DNA from: Promethearchaeati archaeon SRVP18_Atabeyarchaeia-1
Lineage (GTDB): Archaea; Asgardarchaeota; Atabeyarchaeia; Atabeyarchaeales; Atabeyarchaeaceae
NCBI GenBank assembly: GCA_037308085.1
Contig: CP147779.1
Coordinates: 1,344,001 to 1,408,000, forward strand
DNA length: 64,000 nucleotides
Direction of reading: 5' to 3'
The notes beneath the pieces were generated by a model. That model had not been told where the DNA came from, did not search any database, and worked only from the letters and a program-made list of their open reading frames with translations. Position 1 is the first letter of the stretch. The number at the start of each line of letters is the position of its first letter. The position numbers and the translations under genes are program-made. Shown here in pieces: positions 60,242-64,000 of this stretch.

Positions 60242-60784
60242 TCAAACAGTCGGTTTGTCGAGTCCAACGAATCTTGAACTCTTGCGCTCATCATACCCCA
60301 ATGCAGCTTTTTCCCCGAGCCTGTGGAAAATTATCTGGACTATTTTCATACCAGGGTATAGCTTCACTGAACTACTGTTCTGGCAAGACACTTCAAGCGT
60401 CAACCTCGAGGGCTTGACCATTCCAGTGCCTGCGTTCACTAGGCCTGCCGCGTGTACTATTATTCCAAGCCTTGCTATGGATGATCTTCCTTCAAGGGTT
60501 CCTGCTATGCTCTTAGATAGGGCGATCCTCTCAACGGTGCTTGCAAGTATGAATTGTGCTGGGGCGATTATGAATGGTTTTCCACCAGTGTTTATCAACT
60601 CAGTTACTCGATTGCTTGTATTGTCTTCCATTGGGTCTATTATTCTCCCCACCTCAAAGACTAGGAATTCGTCAAGTAGGTGGAGGTCAACACTACACGG
60701 GCCAAGCATCTCTTCAGCGGAGAACGGTTCAATTAATAGCTCCCCTCTCTCCATAGCCTGCAAGATCTCCTTATCCGACATCAT
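60242..60784 (-). CDS. dcd: dCTP deaminase
   Basis: MSDKEI, SVDLHL, EGRSSIARLG, LTLE, LYPGMKIVQ; GGAGGTGA SD before ATG 60784. Confidence 0.88.
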   Translation of the reverse strand: MMSDKEILQAMERGELLIEPFSAEEMLGPCSVDLHLLDEFLVFEVGRIIDPMEDNTSNRVTELINTGGKPFIIAPAQFILASTVERIALSKSIAGTLEGRSSIARLGIIVHAAGLVNAGTGMVKPSRLTLEVSCQNSSSVKLYPGMKIVQIIFHRLGEKAALGYDERKSSRFVGLDKPTV

Positions 60785-61107
60785 TCCAGAATCACCTCCG
60801 GAAATACGTAGCGACAGGGTAATATGTAGCACTCGTCACGAGTTATTTCATTTGATTACTGAACCTTGGCAGATTTTAAATCTGCCGTTGAGATAACTTG
60901 TCATGATGTGATAAGTCCGTGGATACTTCTGGTGCAAAAAACTCACATACTCATTGCGCTATTCCTTGTTGACACGAGGTTATATCTCTGTTACAGACGC
61001 CAAGGTTTTGAAGGGGTTTGGTGATGAAGATATAGTCCATAACCTCAACAGAGTTGCCCAAGAACCGAGCATGACACCAAACATCAACAAGAAGGAGGAT
61101 ATATTCT

Positions 61108-62496
61108 CTGAAACTGAGTGATAACCCGAAAGCATTCGTCGAAGCCAACCGCGAGCTCCTCGCGAAGCAGGGAATATCCCTTGAGAACGATGAAGCAAGA
61201 TTGGGCGACAAGACACTGCTGAAACTGGATGCGCATGAAGGGCTCACAATAATACACAAGGACCAGAACTATGAGATCACATCAGTAGAGCAAGAAAAAA
61301 CAGGTGTCTTAGAACTGCGCAGGTACAAAACAGGTCAAGGAGAAGAGTTTATCCACATACCAAGAGAAAAGTTGGTAATCCCACCCTATGAAACTCCATG
61401 GTACGCGTTTCCATCAACCACCTACATATATCTTGACAAAAAGTATAAACATGAATTACTTGAGACTGCAATAGCTAAAGCAGAAGGGGGAACAGCGCTC
61501 CAGCGGGTGTTGGAAGAGAGAGGAACACACATCGGCGACAAATTCCTATACCGCCATCTAGATGAACGAGTAGATGGTATGAAGGTTGGTGGACTGATTC
61601 CAATCTTAACATACCTGGGTAGAGACCTTAATGAACTTACCAGACACATCGCGGCAATTGGGGACAAGAGAGCGGTTGAGAACCCGAACCTCCCCTTTAG
61701 ACTGGATACTATCGACGGAGCGAGACTCCACGCGGCAAGGTTCTCAGATGGTTCCCTCTCCTCATCTCGAGACAGAGGACCGACATTCGAGTACAGGAAC
61801 AGTGATGCAGAACAGAGGAACAGGATCGTAGAATCTCTAACAAACGTATTCGGCAGGATACGAATAATCATCACAGGATATGAGAATGAAGTCCCGAGAG
61901 TGCGCACATCAACAGAAGTCATTGGATATGTACTACAGAGATCTGGGGCAATAGCTGGTGAAATCATTGCGAAAAACCCAGACATACCTACCTTCATACA
62001 CCAAGGATCGAGGGAGATGAAACTGGAGTGGCTAAGACAGGCCTTCGGCGACGAGGGAACGCCCTGGCCTCAACGCGGACTAGTAATGTTATCGAGATCC
62101 GTTGATGCGACTCATAGACTGTCAGACAAACAGAGAAAACGACTCGATGCAATGAGCGAAGAATGGAAGAGAAGACAGTATCCAAATAAGTCAAAGGAGA
62201 AGAAGTATTGCAGGTTCGACGACTTACCTAAGGACATCCAGGAAGCATTGAAGTCAGAGTGTCCACGACTCTTAGAGTCGGAAGCAAGAATGCTCCAAAA
62301 TGATTTCGGCATAGAAGTTAATGAATACGCAAGTCAAGTGTACACTCGGGGAGGTGGCTACGGTGTTTCATGGGTTCTGCAAACAGCTTCGAGGGAAGAT
62401 AGCAGAATGTTCTACGACAAAATAGGGTTTCCGCAGAATAGGAAACAGGAAGAACTTAGGAGGACATTGAGAATTAAGGAGGGCGATAACCATTAA
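61108..62496 (+). CDS. Free-standing LAGLIDADG/DOD homing-endonuclease-like protein (start uncertain: CTG 61108/61114 or TTG 61201)
   Basis: Intein-endonuclease-like blocks AARFSDGS, WLRQAFGDEG, FYDKIGF...RKQEEL; no Hint splicing motifs seen. Confidence 0.7.
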   Translation: MKLSDNPKAFVEANRELLAKQGISLENDEARLGDKTLLKLDAHEGLTIIHKDQNYEITSVEQEKTGVLELRRYKTGQGEEFIHIPREKLVIPPYETPWYAFPSTTYIYLDKKYKHELLETAIAKAEGGTALQRVLEERGTHIGDKFLYRHLDERVDGMKVGGLIPILTYLGRDLNELTRHIAAIGDKRAVENPNLPFRLDTIDGARLHAARFSDGSLSSSRDRGPTFEYRNSDAEQRNRIVESLTNVFGRIRIIITGYENEVPRVRTSTEVIGYVLQRSGAIAGEIIAKNPDIPTFIHQGSREMKLEWLRQAFGDEGTPWPQRGLVMLSRSVDATHRLSDKQRKRLDAMSEEWKRRQYPNKSKEKKYCRFDDLPKDIQEALKSECPRLLESEARMLQNDFGIEVNEYASQVYTRGGGYGVSWVLQTASREDSRMFYDKIGFPQNRKQEELRRTLRIKEGDNH

Positions 62497-62662
62497 CGAA
62501 ACCCAACTGATATCGGCGGTAGAACAAGTATTTGCTAATAAGAAAAACAGATTCTGCAAAGTAGATGAAACGGAGCAATTGCAGATTGAAGAAAGTCTAA
62601 CACCAAAAGAAGCAAAGCAAGCGGTCTCACATATTAATGATTGTGGTCAACGTTTGCAATAG
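62486..62662 (+). CDS. Putative 58-aa protein with non-AUG (ATA/ATT) start, overlapping the LAGLIDADG-like gene stop
   Basis: AAGGAGGG SD then ITINETQLISAVEQVFANKKNRFCKVDETEQLQIEESLTPKEAKQAVSHINDCGQRLQ*. Confidence 0.4.
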   Translation: MTINETQLISAVEQVFANKKNRFCKVDETEQLQIEESLTPKEAKQAVSHINDCGQRLQ

Positions 62663-62688
62663 GAATGCACATATCGACGATTTGGGCT

Positions 62689-63999
62689 CTATTGCGGGCT
62701 CTCATCTTTTTCTCTGAGCTGCCCCGCGTACCTCATCCTTCTCTCCTTGAGTAGATCCGCGCCCGCCCACTTTGCGAGACTCTCTTTCTCCCCTCTCTCG
62801 ACATTTCCCCTGAATAGCGAGGTCAATCTTATGACGATGGGTCTATTGATTTGCAGCCTGTAATTCTTGAATCTCCCCTTCCCAGATACTTTTAGGAAGC
62901 CCAAAGGTTGAAGTATCTCTTGCGCTGGGTCTCTCTCGTATATGTCCTTGCTGAAAACGTCTCTTCGGTCTGCTATAATGCCGTGATAAGTGAAGGAATT
63001 CGCTCCTGTATTCAAGTGGTCAGAGAGAAGGTAGAAGAGGAAGACCGAAGCCTCCAGGTCCTTCCCCCTTAAACCTTTGAAAAACTCCTCCAGATTCCTC
63101 TTTCCCAGGGAGCCTTCAAGCTCTCTCATCAGCCCTCTTAGGGTTCCAGCTTCAAGAAGCTCAGTGTTGATTTGGTGGCTATAGATCCGATACTTGCCAA
63201 ACCCATAAGAAAGGCAGCAAGCTATGACCAGGATCATCGCTACGGTCTCTACTTGGACGAAGGTCACATTCAACGTTGCCAGATCCTCCACGTAACTTAA
63301 GAAAACTCCAAGATCCCAATAAGGCGTGGATTGCAGGAAGAATGATGGCAGCAGAACCACGAGTACAATCACGGCGATAAGCCAAACCGCGATGGACATG
63401 AATAGCACCTTCAGGAAGACATCCAGAGGCTTGCTCTGCAAAGTGGTTATGCCAACCAGCCAGGAGAATAAGTTCAAGGCTGAAAACGCAACAAGCAGTA
63501 CATCACCCAAAACTCCCAGTTGACTAGAACCGAACAGAATACCGGTGGAGAAGAGCCAAGCGAACCCGACTGTGGACACTAACAGTATGGCAGAGAGCGC
63601 GTACCCCCGTGGTTCGTACCACTCATCTGGATCCCTAGTCTTCGGAAAATTTCTCTTGGAGAAAAGCAGGCAAGTCAAGCCAATCGCAATTGCGGCAATA
63701 CCATAGAAAACGTAAGGCATGGCAGGATTGGCTAGAAACACTACAGACATGACCTCTAGCTGGCAGATGACAGCTCTATTAGATGGATTGCTAATGTTCT
63801 CGAAGACTCTTAGCCTGTACTCTCCACCCGCGTCCACGAGGTAGGTGAAGTTGAGGAAAGCGCCGGCCTCGCTCGCCTGGAGATCAACCACATTTAGGGA
63901 AGAAGGATCACTTAAGATCAAGGTAACATTCGCCAAGGCATAAGGCTTGACTCCAAGTACGAACCTGTCAGCTTGATCCAAGTAAAAGGTGTAGTTCTG
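62689..63999 (-). CDS. Multi-pass membrane protein, 5' end outside window
   Basis: Frame open to the window edge; extracellular N-part, about 5 TM helices, cytoplasmic C-domain. Confidence 0.8.
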   Translation of the reverse strand, partial: QNYTFYLDQADRFVLGVKPYALANVTLILSDPSSLNVVDLQASEAGAFLNFTYLVDAGGEYRLRVFENISNPSNRAVICQLEVMSVVFLANPAMPYVFYGIAAIAIGLTCLLFSKRNFPKTRDPDEWYEPRGYALSAILLVSTVGFAWLFSTGILFGSSQLGVLGDVLLVAFSALNLFSWLVGITTLQSKPLDVFLKVLFMSIAVWLIAVIVLVVLLPSFFLQSTPYWDLGVFLSYVEDLATLNVTFVQVETVAMILVIACCLSYGFGKYRIYSHQINTELLEAGTLRGLMRELEGSLGKRNLEEFFKGLRGKDLEASVFLFYLLSDHLNTGANSFTYHGIIADRRDVFSKDIYERDPAQEILQPLGFLKVSGKGRFKNYRLQINRPIVIRLTSLFRGNVERGEKESLAKWAGADLLKERRMRYAGQLREKDESPQ

Positions 64000-64000
64000 G

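Overview
Archaeal chromosomal window. The evidence for this is a BHB-intron tRNA, TATA-type promoters, GGAGGTGA Shine-Dalgarno sites, many GTG/TTG starts and an archaeal Ski2-like helicase. The gene content resembles Bathyarchaeia or Asgard genomes, but the lineage cannot be fixed from sequence alone. Most genes are housekeeping or accessory metabolism and transport: copA plus a YHS chaperone, LarE, PLP enzymes, ABC/APC/NRAMP/DMT transporters, GH116, galM, nagB, two DUF362 genes and dcd. The most interesting material is two related IS607-type tnpB genes (282-1496 + and 32106-33419 -). Both lack the RuvC-III Asp (DRQLNAA) and share a structured 3' omegaRNA-like tail ending TAGATYGAAACCC. Copy 1 keeps a decayed IS607 tnpA and is inserted in the 3' end of an orphan N4-C-type methyltransferase. 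Copy 2 has no tnpA and lies at the end of a type II restriction-modification island. Its predicted guide is the 5' coding sequence of a tiny classical C2H2 zinc-finger gene, and an intact paralogue lies about 350 bp further on; neither is in the ORF track. Other features missing from the ORF track: a tRNA-Gln(CTG) with two introns (37/38 and 59/60), a 9-bp tandem operator-like array before an AbrB gene, a TATA-driven ~72-nt hairpin RNA candidate, and a small ORF after a free-standing LAGLIDADG-like gene, both apparently with non-AUG starts. No CRISPR array or rRNA was seen.
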